Notes: generated by a model from the sequence alone, not told the origin. A DNA stretch of 64,000 nucleotides from Terriglobia bacterium (GCA_963748015.1 CAVVHE010000009.1:1-64000); one strand, 5' to 3'; shown: positions 1 to 11,528, numbered from the stretch's first letter. A program made the numbers and translations.

Positions 1-133
1 ATACTCCAAGCGCCTCCTCGGGAGACGATCGCCCGTGCTCACCGAGGTTCCCGTTGACCGCGTCGTTCGTGTAAGCCGAGCGCCTCGTTCCCTTGGAGCC
101 GATGGCAGGCCCGCGAGGCGCCGGCACGCGTCC

Positions 134-161
134 TTGACGCCGGCGCGTCTCGCCGTACAAT
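134..161 (+). promoter_or_regulatory. sigma70-like promoter of NYN gene
   Basis: TTGACG (134-139), 16 nt spacer, TACAAT (156-161). Confidence 0.6.
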
Positions 162-177
162 CTCCCTGGTACTTGCT

Positions 178-222
178 CCCCGTCCGACACGCCGCAAGGC
201 CTCGGACGGGGTTATTCGTTTT
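178..222 (+). terminator. leader hairpin / intrinsic terminator-like structure upstream of NYN gene
   Basis: CCCCGTCCGA (178-187) pairs with TCGGACGGGG (202-211), inner GCC-GCAA-GGC loop, then TTATTCGTTTT. Confidence 0.55.
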
Positions 223-233
223 CGGGGGCCGGA

Positions 234-884
234 ATGGCCCCTGAACCACCTGTCAAGCGTGCCGTCGCCTTCATAGACGGGCAGAATCTGTTCCACGCGG
301 CCCGCGAGTCTTTCGGTTACACCTATCCGAGCTACGACGTCCTGGCGCTGGCGGGAACGATCTGCGGGCGGATGGCGTGGGATCTTCTCCAAGTTCGCTT
401 CTACACCGGGATTCCAGATCCGGCAGACGATCCCTTCTGGAACTACTTCTGGATCCACAAGCTCGCGATGATGGGCCGGCAGGGCGTCCATTCGTACTCG
501 CGCCCCCTCCGCTACCGTAACCGCCGCGTCAAACTCCCCGACGGCTCCGAGCACGCCTACCTCGCGGCCGAAGAGAAGGGAATTGACGTCCGCATCGCCC
601 TGGACGTGATACGCCTGGCGCATCGAAGCGAGTACGACGTAGCGTTGATCTTCAGCCAGGACCAGGATCTCTCCGAGGTTGTTGAGGAGATTCGCGCGAT
701 TTCCCGCGAGCAACGTCGCTGGATCAAGGTAGCCAGCGCGTTCCCCTCGAGTCCGGCGAGCATCAATCGACGGGGCATCGAGAGCACCGACTGGATCAGG
801 ATCGAGAGGGGCACCTACGACGCCTGCTTCGACCAGCGCGACTACCGTCCCAAGAAGGCGGGTGGCACCCCTTCTGGCGATTGA
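234..884 (+). CDS. NYN domain (LabA/DUF88, PIN-like) nuclease
   Basis: Motifs FIDGQNL, EKGIDVRIALD, SQDQDL typical of NYN/PIN fold. Confidence 0.9.
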   Translation: MAPEPPVKRAVAFIDGQNLFHAARESFGYTYPSYDVLALAGTICGRMAWDLLQVRFYTGIPDPADDPFWNYFWIHKLAMMGRQGVHSYSRPLRYRNRRVKLPDGSEHAYLAAEEKGIDVRIALDVIRLAHRSEYDVALIFSQDQDLSEVVEEIRAISREQRRWIKVASAFPSSPASINRRGIESTDWIRIERGTYDACFDQRDYRPKKAGGTPSGD

Positions 885-945
885 AACGCCCGGCTACGCC
901 CACTGCTGTCGTCCCCGTGGGCGCGGCCGTCGGAGTGCGAACTTC

Positions 946-1228
946 GCATCCCGTACGAGGAACGGCCCTGCCTGCTTGACCACGAAAGTAGCGATCACGA
1001 TACTTGCCGCGCCTCCTCGGGAGATACACGCCCGTGGTCCCCGAGGAACTCGTCGATGGGGTCGCGCTGAACCTCCTGCGGCGGCTGAATCCCCTTCAGG
1101 TGCGCCGGGCCCTGCGAGAGGTCGGCAGCCCGGGTGAGATCGCGTCCCGGCTGTCGCCCTCGCGACTGGCCGGGGCGCTTCGCCTCAGGAACGGGGCGGA
1201 AGTCGCGATCGCGGAGGGACGAGGCGGG
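946..1228 (+). pseudogene. dprA: duplicated dprA promoter plus 5' fragment (~66 codons)
   Basis: Translates as PVVPEELVDGVALNLLRRLNPLQVRRALREVGSP, matching the DprA N-terminus at 10381; start codon is ACG (1028-1030); promoter TTGACC-N17-GATACT retained (976-1004). Confidence 0.85.
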
Positions 1229-1268
1229 CCCAGGCGCCGGGCCGCGGCCGGCCTTCCGCCTCGGCTGA

Positions 1269-4200
1269 CTAGTGGCAATCCCCGTTGCCGGGCCTGACCA
1301 CGAGGGCCTTGCCCGATGACTCGGTACCGTACGAGCTGCTGCCCGTCGAGTCGGTGTACTGCGTCGCGTAGAACCACACGTGACCGGGGGCGGGGATCGC
1401 GGTGTCCTCCTGCCCGATCGTGGTCGTGGCCGTGGTGTGGCTCGCGATGCAGTGTACGATCCCCAGATCGACCTCGGGGCCTTGCACCGTGAGGTTCGCG
1501 AGATCGCCGCGGATCACGTCGTAGTAGAGGGCCCCGTCGACCGCGCCCCAGAGCACGACGGTGCCGTGCGCGCCGTCGAGCTTAAGGTCGATCGGCTCGA
1601 TCTTCTTGTCCCCCATGTCGTGCGGGACGTCGACGAGGGCGGATGCGGTCGAGCTGTTGCTCGACCGGTCCGTGGCCTGGTAGGTGAGGGTGTACACGCG
1701 CCCCGTGCCGCCACCGTCGCGCTCGGAGCGGAGCTCGACCTCGAAGTCCGGGGTGCCGATCGCCGCATCCTGGATGTCGTCGCCGTCGTTCGGCTCGTTC
1801 GACGTCGCCGAGAACAGCGTGACGGCCGGGTTCGGGTCGCAGATGTCCCTCGCGACGACCGTGGCGTTGATGTTCCACATCGTGTGGTTCGGCGGCCAGA
1901 GGGCGCTCGGGCTGGCCGCGGCGGTGATCGTCGGCGGGATCGTGTCGCGCACGGTCACCAGGGTCTCGCAGCTCGACGGGTTCCCCGAGCCGTCGGTCGC
2001 GGTGAAGGTGACGACGGTGGTGCCGAGCGGGTAGGAGCCGGAAGCGTCGGCCCCGCCGCCGTTGTGGGAGTTGGCGATCGTCACGGCGCCGCAGACGTCG
2101 GACGCCGTTGCGGGCGGCACGCTGACCGCCGACTGCAGGTTGCTCTGGCACTCGATGACGATCGGGGCCGGGCAGGCGATCACCGGCGGGACCGTGTCCC
2201 GCACCGTGACGGACGTGGTGTCGGGCGCCGAGGTCTCGTAGCCGTCGTTGACGAGGAGCGTGGCGACCGTCGATCCCAGCGGGAACTGGCGGTCGGCGTC
2301 GCGCTGGCCGGGTCGTCGAAGGTGATGCCGGGCGCGCTCCACGAGTAGGTCAGCGGGTCGCCGTCCGGATCGGTGGAGACGCCACCGTTCAGCGTCGCGC
2401 TCGCGCCGCTGTTCCCGGTGCACTCGAGCTGCTGGTCGTCGCCGGCCTCCGCGATGGGCTTCCGGTTCACGGTGAGCGTGACGGGCACGTCCACCGCCGG
2501 GCGCGCCGGATCGTCGCTGGTGAGGTGAATCGACGCGCGGTGCGTACCGTGAGTAGCTTCGCGGCTAGTCGCGTCGAACGAGACCGTGACCGTCGCGCAC
2601 TCGCCCGCCGGGATGGTCCCGCCGTTCGGGGCCGTGCTGACCCACCCCGCGGGCGATTTGAACTCGATCGCCAGGTTGTCGTGGGCATAGAGGGCCCCGA
2701 ACGCGACGCTGAGGCCGTCGAGCCTCGTCGCGTTCTGGATTCCGATGGACGCGAAGATCGGCGGGACAGTCACCGTCAGGTACTGATAGACGATCTTGCC
2801 GCTCGGGTACAGGATCAGCTCGAAGTCGAGGCTCCCCTCGGAATACTGACGTCGCCAGGTCCTGGTACTGCAGGATGAATCGGCTGCCGTCGTTGTAGTA
2901 GTAGGCCTTGCTGCCGGCCCCCATCAGGAGGTCGTCCCAGAACGGCGCGAGCATGTTCTCGGGATACAGTGTCCCACCCGTCGGGAGCCGCAGGCCCCTC
3001 CGGGAGAGGTCGCCGTTCTGGATGGTGCTGGTGAAGCTCAGCCAGCCGTTCGTCGAGGCGTTGATCGTGGTGAAGTCGTTCCCGTAGTACTTGAACGTCA
3101 TCCCGAGCGGGATGCGGGCGACGAGACTGTCGTCGTTCTGCGGGAAGCTGATCGCGGTCCCGATCGTCGAGATGTCGACCCAGTTGAACGCCGGGCCGTC
3201 CGGCGCGTCGGAGTCCTTCCAGGGATAGCCAAAGGTGTCGGGCCCGCCGCTGCCGAGGATGCCGGGCATCGGATCGGGCTCGCCCTTCGCGAGGTCGAGT
3301 GCCGAGCGGCGAGCCGCGTCCGCGGCCGAGAGGACGTCTCGTCGAGCCGCTCCAATTGAGATCGCTGCCGCCGGTGTTGCAGATGGACAGCTCGCGCGCG
3401 CTGGTTCCGCCGGGTGGCAGGATCTCGGCGATGGACGCCGGGTCAACGCCGATGACCGCAGGCGACAGCGAGGTGCCGTCGAGCGGGATGACGAAGGATC
3501 CCATGTCCGGATCGTCGCTCGTGATCGTGAGCTGGCCGTGGTGCGTTCCCGGCGACAGCGGCGAGAAGCGCACGGTCATCGGGATCGACCCGTGGGCCGG
3601 GATGGACACCGGCGGCGTGCTGCCGGTCCGGCTGAAGTCGCCGGAGACCGAGACGCTCGTGATGTGCAGGACGTCGGTCCCGGTGTTCTGGATCGCCAGC
3701 GGCAGCGTGCGGCTGTTGCCGGGGAAAGTCATCGGGAAGGTCAGCGCCGTCGGGGCCGCGGCGATGTGCGGCATGCCGGTGACGTGGAGGCTCACCGGGA
3801 CCTGGAACACGCCGTGCGCGGGGTCGTTCGTGGTGACGTTGACGTACGCCGTGTAATCGCCCCCGATCAGCCCGCTCGAGTGGACGTCCACGCCGAGATC
3901 GTGGAAGCCGCCGGCCGGGATCGTTCCGGCTTGCGGCGTCACGCCCAGCCAGCCGACGGGCGGGTTGATGTTCGCGGTGTAGGTCAGGTCGCCGGCGCCC
4001 TGGTTCTCGAGGTGCAGCAGGTGGTGCACGGCGTCGCCGGAGAGGACCGAGTCGAAGAACGACGGCGGCGTCCAGGCGGCGATCGGCGGCAGGATCGCCG
4101 TGCCGCTGACCGGCATGGTCTTCGTCGGGTTCACCGGGTCGTCGCTCACGACCTGCACCGCGGCGTCCGCGGGCAGCGCGCCCGGGGAGGTCGGCAGCCA

Positions 4201-7200
4201 CCTGAGATTGAACAGGCGGAGGCCTCCGGGCGGCAGCGAGAAGGCCGCGTGGGCGAAGACGTCGCCCGTCGCGGGCTCGGAGACCGTCAGCGAGGCGTCG
4301 TTGGTGGTGACGTCGAGCACGTTGAGCGTTTCGATGCCCGTGTTCACCACCCAAATCGTCGTCAGGTGGGGATACCCGGCGAATCTCGTGCCGAAGTCGA
4401 GCGAGGGCGGGACGATGCCGGCGATCGGCACGCCGAGCACGGTGAGCGACGTCGGGATCCGCCTCGTCTCGGGCAGATTGTTCGTCAGAACGATCGCGCC
4501 GTCGAGCACGCCGCCGATCCGGCCCGTCGAATCCAGCTTCACGTCGAACACCACGTTCCCGCCGGGCGGAATGGTCGCGTTGGCCGGCGTCACGGTGAGC
4601 CAGTCGGGCGTGGTGAACTCGATCGCCATTTGTTTGTGGAGGTAGGCGGCTCTGAACGCGACGCTGAGGCCGTCGAGCCTCGTCGCGTTCTGGATTCCGA
4701 TGGACTCGTTGTCCAGGGTGCCGACCATCCCGAGGTACTGGTAGACGATCCGGCCGTTCGGATAGAGGATCACCTCGAAGTCGAGCGTCGCGTTGCCCTG
4801 GGAACGTCCCCAGGCCTTGTACTGCAGGATGAACCGGCTGCCGTCGTTGAGGTAGTACGCACGGCTGACGGTTCCGCTTCCAGAGGTCGTCCCAGAACGG
4901 CGCGAGCATGTTCTCGGGAAACGTCGTCCCACCCGTCGGCAGCCGCTCGATCCCCCGGGAAGCGGGGCCGTTCTGGATGGTGCTGGTGAAGCTCAGCCAG
5001 CCGTTCGTCGAGGCGTTGATCGTGGTGAAGTTGGTCCCGTAGTACTTGAACGTCATCCCGAGCGGGATGCCGGCGACGAGACTGTCGTCGGCATCCGGGA
5101 AGCTGATCGCGGTCCCGAACCCCGAGATGTCGACCCACTCGAACACCGGGCCGCCCGGCGCGTCCGAGTCCTTCCAGCGATAGCCGAACGAGTCCGGTCC
5201 TCCGGAGGCCGACGCGCCGGCGTCGTCCGCGACGACGAGCTGGCCGTTGCCCTGGTCGGCTGCGGCGTTGACGATCAGGTTCGATCCGCCCGTGTTGTAG
5301 ACGGTCAGCGGCACGGTCGCCTGCTGTCCGGTGTCGAGCGTCCGGGAGAACGACGTCGGTTCCGTGACCATCTGCGGGGCGGTCAGGCCGTTGCCGGCGG
5401 CCGGCACCGTGAGGCTCGGGTTGTTCGCGCCGTTGCTCTGGATCGTGACGGAGCCGGAGTACGCGCCGGCCGTCGCGGGCGTCCAGGTCACGTGGATCGT
5501 GTGCGATCTATAGGGCGCGACGTCGAAGACCCGCTCGCTCGGGGTCAGCGTGGGATCGCTCGGCGTGACGTCGGTCACGTGCAGCGTGTCGGTTCCGCGA
5601 TTGGCCACGATCAGGTCGAGGCTCTTCGCGAAGCCGATGAACACGTCACCGTAGGCGAGGGAGGTCGGCTGGACGCCGACCTGAGGCGCGCCGGTCACGT
5701 GGAGCGAGCGCGTTCACGACGAGGTCCGGATTCACCGGATCGTTGCTCAGGACGTGGACGGCGCCCGGGTAGGTTCCGCCCTCGAGCCCCGAAGCGTTCA
5801 TGTGCAGGTTGATGAGCTTCGACTCGCCAGCACGGAGTCGCCCCGAAGTCGGGAAGACGGTCAGCCAATTCGGTACCGAGGCGATCCGCACCGCCAGATT
5901 GTCGTGCAGGTAGGCCTCGTTGTACGCGACCTGGAGCCCCACCGTAGTGTCCGCGTTCTGAATGCCGACCGTGGCGTCGTTCACCGCCCCCGTCATGTTC
6001 AGGTACTGGAAGGTGATCGCGCCGCTGGCGTCGAGGATCGCCTGGAACGTGGAGGTGCCCGGCCTCCATCTGAACGGCACGTCCTGCCACTGGATGATCG
6101 CGCTGTTTCCGAACGATTGGAAGTACACGCGCCCGGCGCTGGTCGTGTCGAGATCGTCCCAGAACGGCGCGATCAGGTTCTCCGGCACGAAGCCGATCGG
6201 CAGCGGCTGGTTCGACCACGCCGTGGACGAGCTCGTGAACGAGGCCCAGCCGTTCGTGCACACCCGGATCGAGTTGAAGAACGTCCCGTAGAACGGGAAG
6301 TCGAATCCAAGCGCAATCGGCGTGGACGTCACGTTGTCGCTCGCGATCCCGATGTTCGTGCCGGTGGTCGAGATGTCCGTCCACTGGAACGTCGGGCCAC
6401 CGGGCTCGTCGCTGTCCACCCAGCGATAGCCGAACGAGTCGGGCCCGCCGGAGTTCTGCGCCACCGGGTCGCCGTGCCGCGGATCCTCCTCGCCCTCGCC
6501 GACGAGGCGCGGCGGTTGCGGCGTGACGCTCCTCGGCGCGCCGAGCTGCGGGGCCGGGATGTTGAAGTCGAGCGTGCCGACGCCGACGTTCGGAGAGCGT
6601 GAACTGCCGGTCCGCCTGCCCGCCGGTGAAGAGCTCCGCCGACACCGAGGCCGGGCTCACGCTTCCCGTGGGCGGGGGCAGCGTCGTGCCGGACGAGAGA
6701 TTCGAGAGCGGTCCCGCGTTGCCCCACTCGTCGAAGGCCTTGATGGCGAAATAGTAGAACGTGTTCGCCGCGAGGCCGTGGATCTCCATGCTCTCCGGCG
6801 ATCCGGAGACCTGCGGCGTGGGCTCGTTGCCCGCACGGGTCGCGGCGGACCAGTTCGCGCTGTCGATCGGGTCCGTGGAGTAGCGCACCTCGTAGTAGGC
6901 CGCCGTCCCGACGACGCCGTCGTCACCGGTCGCGGTCCAGGTCAGCGCCATCGTGTTGGAACCCGGATCCACCGTCGCCAGGTCGGTGATCGCGCCGGGC
7001 GGAACGGTGTCGGGTGCCGCGAGGGTGAAGAACGCGTTGAGCCGCCCCTCGCTGACGCACTTGCCGACGAGGCCGGAGAGGTTCGGATGGGTATTCGCCT
7101 TGTCCACCGAGGACAGCAGCTTCGACTTCAACTGCGCCACGGGGAGGTTCGGGGCCAGCGCCCGCATCAGGCCGAGGACCCCCGCGACGTGCGGGGTGGC

Positions 7201-8331
7201 CATCGACGTGCCCGACAGCGTGCCGTACGACGCGCCCGGCAGCGTGCTCAGGATCGCGACGCCCGGGGCGGCCAGGTCCACCGTGGTCGCGCCGTAGTTC
7301 GAGAACGACGCCAGCGCGTCGTTGGGGTCCGTGGCGGCCACCGCGACGATGTTCGCGAGGTCGAACGCGCTCGGATAAGAGGGGCTCGTGTCCGTGTCGG
7401 TTCCGGCGTTGCCCGCGGCCGCGACGAAGGCCATCTCGTGCGCGCCGGCGTTCGCGATCGAGTCGTAGAGAGCCTGCGAGAACCCGCCACCGCTCCACGA
7501 GTTGCTCGTCAGGTCCACGCCCATCTGGACCGAGTAGTCCACCGCGGCGGCGGCGTCGGCGGTGGAGCCCGACCCGTTCGAGCCCAGGAACTTGAGACAC
7601 AGGATCTTGACGTTCCAGTTCACGCCCACCGTGCCGATGCCGTTGTCCCCGACCGCCCCGATGGTGCCGGCGGTGTGCGTGCCGTGGCCGTGGTCGTCAA
7701 AGGGATCGCCGTCGTCGTTGTAGAAGTCGTAGCCGTGGACGTCGTCCACGAAGCCGTTGCCGTCGTCGTCGATGCCGTTCCCCGGGATCTCGCCGAGGTT
7801 CGTCCAGATGTTGGCCGCGAGATCGGGATGGTTGTAGTCGCAACCCGTGTCGATCACGCCGATGAGCACATTCGGGCTGCCGACCGTTACGTCCCACGCG
7901 AGCGTGGCGTCGATGTCGGCACCCGGCGTCCCCCCGGTCTGCCCCGTGTTCCGCAGGGCCCACATCTCGTTGAAGCGGGCGTCGTTGGGGATCACGCTGG
8001 CCGTCAGCACGTAGTTCGGCTCGGCGTACTCGACCTCGGGGTTCGCCTTCAGGCGCGCGATCGCCTGCTCGGTGTCGACCCCGGGTCCGAGGCGCCAGTG
8101 CTCGGCTTTCGACCGGAACGTGCGGTGAAGCTCGCCCGCGACGTCCGCCCGGGCCGAGGCCTTGTGGCGACCCTCCGCCTGCGGCTTGAACTTGACGATC
8201 AGCTCACCGGGCACATAGGCGGCCGATGGCCCGTTGGGTTTCGGAGCGCTCACCAGCGTCCCGACGTCGCTGGCGAGGAAGGCCAAGAGAGCCAGCCCGA
8301 GCAGAGCCAAACGGAGTCTTGAACGCGGCAT
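1269..8331 (-). CDS. very large secreted S8 (subtilisin-like) serine protease with FN3, three repeated GGPDSFGY domains, Ig-like, PKD/HYR-like and C-terminal domains; split by several frameshifts
   Basis: Signal peptide from ATG 8331; triad motifs VIDTG, HGTHTAG, GTSMATP; consecutive minus-strand ORF pieces (5695-8358, 5646-6464, 3443-5698, 2815-4932, 2565-3446, 2180-2773, 1269-2423) form one coherent architecture. Confidence 0.85.
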
Positions 8332-8447
8332 GTGGCTCCCGTCAGAACAGGTGCACACTCCGAAGCCTCGCCGGCCCGAGGGTCGGCACGACTCAGATCA
8401 CCGGGCTCGACCTGCCGCCACGGCTCGGCCGAGCCTGGAAACGTAAT

Positions 8448-8524
8448 TCGGCGAACCTACCGCCGGCCTGTCGGGAGGAAGACCGACGACCGGCCCGCGG
8501 CGCGTCCGCTTCTCGTCCCGCAGC
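8448..8524. repeat. direct repeat B, copy 1 (copy 2 at 10076-10152)
   Basis: TCGGCGAACCTAC..TGTCGGGAGGAAGACCGACGACCGGC..CGTCCGCTTCTCGTCC shared; about 7 mismatches in 77 nt by manual alignment. Confidence 0.85.
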
Positions 8525-8825
8525 ACACGCCATCGTGTTCCTCTCACGACAGGCCCCGAACTGGGCTCGGATCCCGCGCCTCTCAACGGAACTATACGTC
8601 GATCTCGATCCGGGGGCGGCGAGGAGAGCCGGCCCCTTGGGACTCCCGGGGAATCCGAGCTTCCTGCGCGGTTTCTTGGTCCTATTCTGGATGGAAAAAG
8701 TCCCGTTTCCGTTGACCGCCGGGTCAAAGACCGTAATCCGGTCGGGTGCAGTTCTTGCCGATTGATCCCGGCCATTTGAAATTCTGACTTTCAATCAGCC
8801 GGTGCGTGCGCTATCTTAGCTCTCG

Positions 8826-10022
8826 ATGTTCACTCGGACGCTTGCCGACAGGCTCTCAACGCTCTTGGGACCGTTCCCGGTCGTCTTCCTGACGGGTCCC
8901 CGGCAGTCCGGGAAGACCACGCTCGCGCGGTCCGCGTTTCCGGATTTCCTCTACCTCTCCCTCGAGGATCTTCAGAACCGTCAGGAGGCGAGCGAGGATC
9001 CGAAGGGTTTCCTGGGCCGTCAGGGGAAAGCACCAGGAGTGATCCTCGACGAGGTCCAGCGCGCGCCGGACCTCTTTTCTTACATTCAGGGTGTCGTGGA
9101 CGACGCGCGAGGCGGTCCCTACCTACTCACGGGATCGCAGCAGTTCCTCCTGTCCGAGAAGATCAGCCAGTCGCTCGCCGGCCGCGCCGCGATTCTCGAG
9201 CTGCTACCGCTTTCACTCGCGGAGCTTCTGGGCCGCAAGGCTCGAACGCCGGATCGCCTGCTCGACGAGACCGCCGGGGAGTCCGAGCCCTCCCCGGCCC
9301 GGCTCGACGACATTCTGTTCTCGGGGACGTTTCCTCGCATTCATGACCGGAAGCTCGACCCGGCGTCCTGGCTCGACGGTTACGTCCGAACGTACGTGGA
9401 GCGCGATGTCCGCACGATCGCCGGATTGGGCGACCTCGACAGCTTCACGCGCTTCGTCGGATTGTGTGCCGGGCGCGCCGGACAGCTCGTGAACAGCTCG
9501 GCGCTGGGCTCCGACGCCGGCGTCAGCCACGTGACCGCCAAGCGTTGGCTGTCCATCCTTCGCGCGAGCTACGTCGTCGACTTCTTGCGGCCGCACCACG
9601 AGAACTTCTCCAAGCGGCTCGTGAAGAGTCCGAAGCTCTACTTCGTGGACACCGGCTTGCTCTGCCATCTGCTCGGTATCCGTGGAACCGAGGACCTTGC
9701 GCTCCATCCGCTGCGCGGCGCGATTTTCGAGAATCTCGTGATCACGGAGTTCCGCAAGCTCTTCCTGCACCACGGAGAGCGTGCGCCGCTCTTCTTCTGG
9801 CGAGACTCGCACGGCCACGAGATCGACCTTCTCGTCGATCTGGGTGCACGGCGGGTTCCGGTCGAGATCAAGTCCGGGAAAACCGTGGCGTCCGACTTTC
9901 TCGGCGGGCTGGACCGGTACGTCGCCATGTCCGGCGACCCCGAGGCCATCCTGGTCTATGGCGGAGACGCTGCTTACCGGCGGCGGACACATCACGTACG
10001 GCCGTGGTTCGCCTGCTCGTGA
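8826..10022 (+). CDS. AAA+ ATPase, AAA_14 + DUF4143 family
   Basis: Walker A GPRQSGKT, Walker B ILDEVQ, KSPKLYFVDTG, C-terminal EIDL..VEIKS nuclease-like motif. Confidence 0.9.
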   Translation: MFTRTLADRLSTLLGPFPVVFLTGPRQSGKTTLARSAFPDFLYLSLEDLQNRQEASEDPKGFLGRQGKAPGVILDEVQRAPDLFSYIQGVVDDARGGPYLLTGSQQFLLSEKISQSLAGRAAILELLPLSLAELLGRKARTPDRLLDETAGESEPSPARLDDILFSGTFPRIHDRKLDPASWLDGYVRTYVERDVRTIAGLGDLDSFTRFVGLCAGRAGQLVNSSALGSDAGVSHVTAKRWLSILRASYVVDFLRPHHENFSKRLVKSPKLYFVDTGLLCHLLGIRGTEDLALHPLRGAIFENLVITEFRKLFLHHGERAPLFFWRDSHGHEIDLLVDLGARRVPVEIKSGKTVASDFLGGLDRYVAMSGDPEAILVYGGDAAYRRRTHHVRPWFACS

Positions 10023-10044
10023 GCCGCCGGCGCCCGACGTAGCA

Positions 10045-10152
10045 GCCGCCGCCGGCCTTCCGCCTCGGCTAACTATCGGCGAACCTACAACCGGCTTGTC
10101 GGGAGGAAGACCGACGACCGGCACGCGCCTCGTCCGCTTCTCGTCCGGCAGC
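10045..10152. repeat. contiguous repeat A+B (A also at 1241-1271, B also at 8448-8524)
   Basis: 10045-10075 matches 1241-1271 at 29/31 nt and is directly followed by B. Confidence 0.85.
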
Positions 10153-10328
10153 GCTCGCCTATCGAGTTCTGGTCTGACCCCCATTTCGGCTAGACACCTT
10201 GAAACCGCAGGACTCCCCACGGGACAGCGACACCTCGTCCTTGCCTCGTCTTTCAGGGTCGACATTCGGTCGAGGGGGAGCTTTCGGTGATCGGGAACCC
10301 TTGCGTCCCGTACCGGCAACCGACGTGC

Positions 10329-10357
10329 TTGACCGAGAGGATGACGGTCCCGATACT
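10329..10357 (+). promoter_or_regulatory. dprA promoter
   Basis: TTGACC-N17-GATACT; both hexamers conserved in the relic copy at 976-1004 while the spacer diverged. Confidence 0.6.
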
Positions 10358-10380
10358 TCCCGCGCCTCCTCGGGAGAGGC

Positions 10381-11528
10381 ATGCCCGTGGCCCCCGAGGA
10401 ACTCGTCGATTGGGTCGCGCTCAACCTCCTGCAGCGACTTAGCCCGCTTCAGGTGCGTCGGGCCCTGCGCGAGCTGGGAAGCCCCGAGGAGGTCGCGTTC
10501 CGGTTGTCCCCCGCGCGGCTGGCGGCGGCACTCGGTCTCAGGGACGGGGCCGAAACCGCCATCGTGGAGGGGCGAAACGGCCTCGAGCGCAGGGCGGAGG
10601 AAGAGGTCCGCGCCGCAACGAAGCTCGGCATCCGGCTCGTCACCCTCGCCGATCCGGATTACCCGGCCGCGCTCGAGACGCTGCCGGACGGTCCGATTCT
10701 CCTCTACGTGAGGGGCGCCCTCCCCGAAGGGGTGGTCCGGATCGCGATCGTGGGGTCGCGCCGCGGGACGGCTTACGGTCGGAGGGTCGCGACCGCCCTG
10801 GCATCGGGATTGGCGCTTCGGGCTGTGGAAATCGTGTCCGGAGGGGCCAGAGGCATCGATACTTGCGCGCATCTTGGCGCCTTGGAGGGTGGAGGCCGGA
10901 CGGTCGCCGTGATGGGATCCGGTTTCAGGTGCGTCTACCCGCCAGAGAATGAAGAAATGTTCGATAGGGTCGCTGAAAATGGCGCTGTTATCACCGAGTT
11001 CCCGTTGAACATGGAGCCAAGACCCGAGAACTTTCCTCGACGGAATCGCATCATCTCCGGTCTGTCCGCGGCCGTGGTCGTGGTCGAAGCCGCCGAGCGG
11101 TCGGGCTCCCTCATCACGGCCGCGCACGCCCTCGACCAGGGGCGGGAGGTGATGGCCGTTCCGGGGCCGGTCACCTCGGACCAGTCGGCGGGCTGCCACC
11201 GGCTGATCCAGCAGGGGGCGAAGCTGGTCCATGCCGTCCGCCGACGTCCTCGACGAGCTGTCGCCCATGTATCGTGGGGCGCTGCGATTTCCGGACGTCC
11301 GGGCCGGCCCCCGACCCCGGCCCGAACCTGGACGGGATCGCCCCGGACGAGGCTGCCGTTTTGGCGCTTTTGGACGATCCGGAGCCGGTCCAGCTCGAGG
11401 CTCTGGCCGACCGGGCCCCGTTCGGTATCGCCAGGCTCCAAACGGCGCTCTTTGGTCTAGAGGTCCGGGGCGCGGTTGAACAATTACCGGGGCGGTACTA
11501 TCTTGGCCGCCGCCGGAGGGGTGCCTGA
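10381..11528 (+). CDS. dprA: DNA-protecting protein DprA/Smf (two apparent frameshifts at about 11240-11310)
   Basis: AIVGSR, SGGARGID, FPRRNRIISGLS, SGSLITA; C-terminal winged helix in ORF 11274-11528; directly upstream of topA. Confidence 0.93.

Noticed and set aside
1269..8331. S8 protease as a pseudogene or programmed-frameshift gene
   Set aside because: Many scattered indels with otherwise intact codon bias and motifs, and the same pattern in dprA, fit long-read errors better; this cannot be settled without reads.
11231..11528. dprA inactivation by frameshifts
   Set aside because: All domains are present across three frames in a GC-rich tract; most likely sequencing error.
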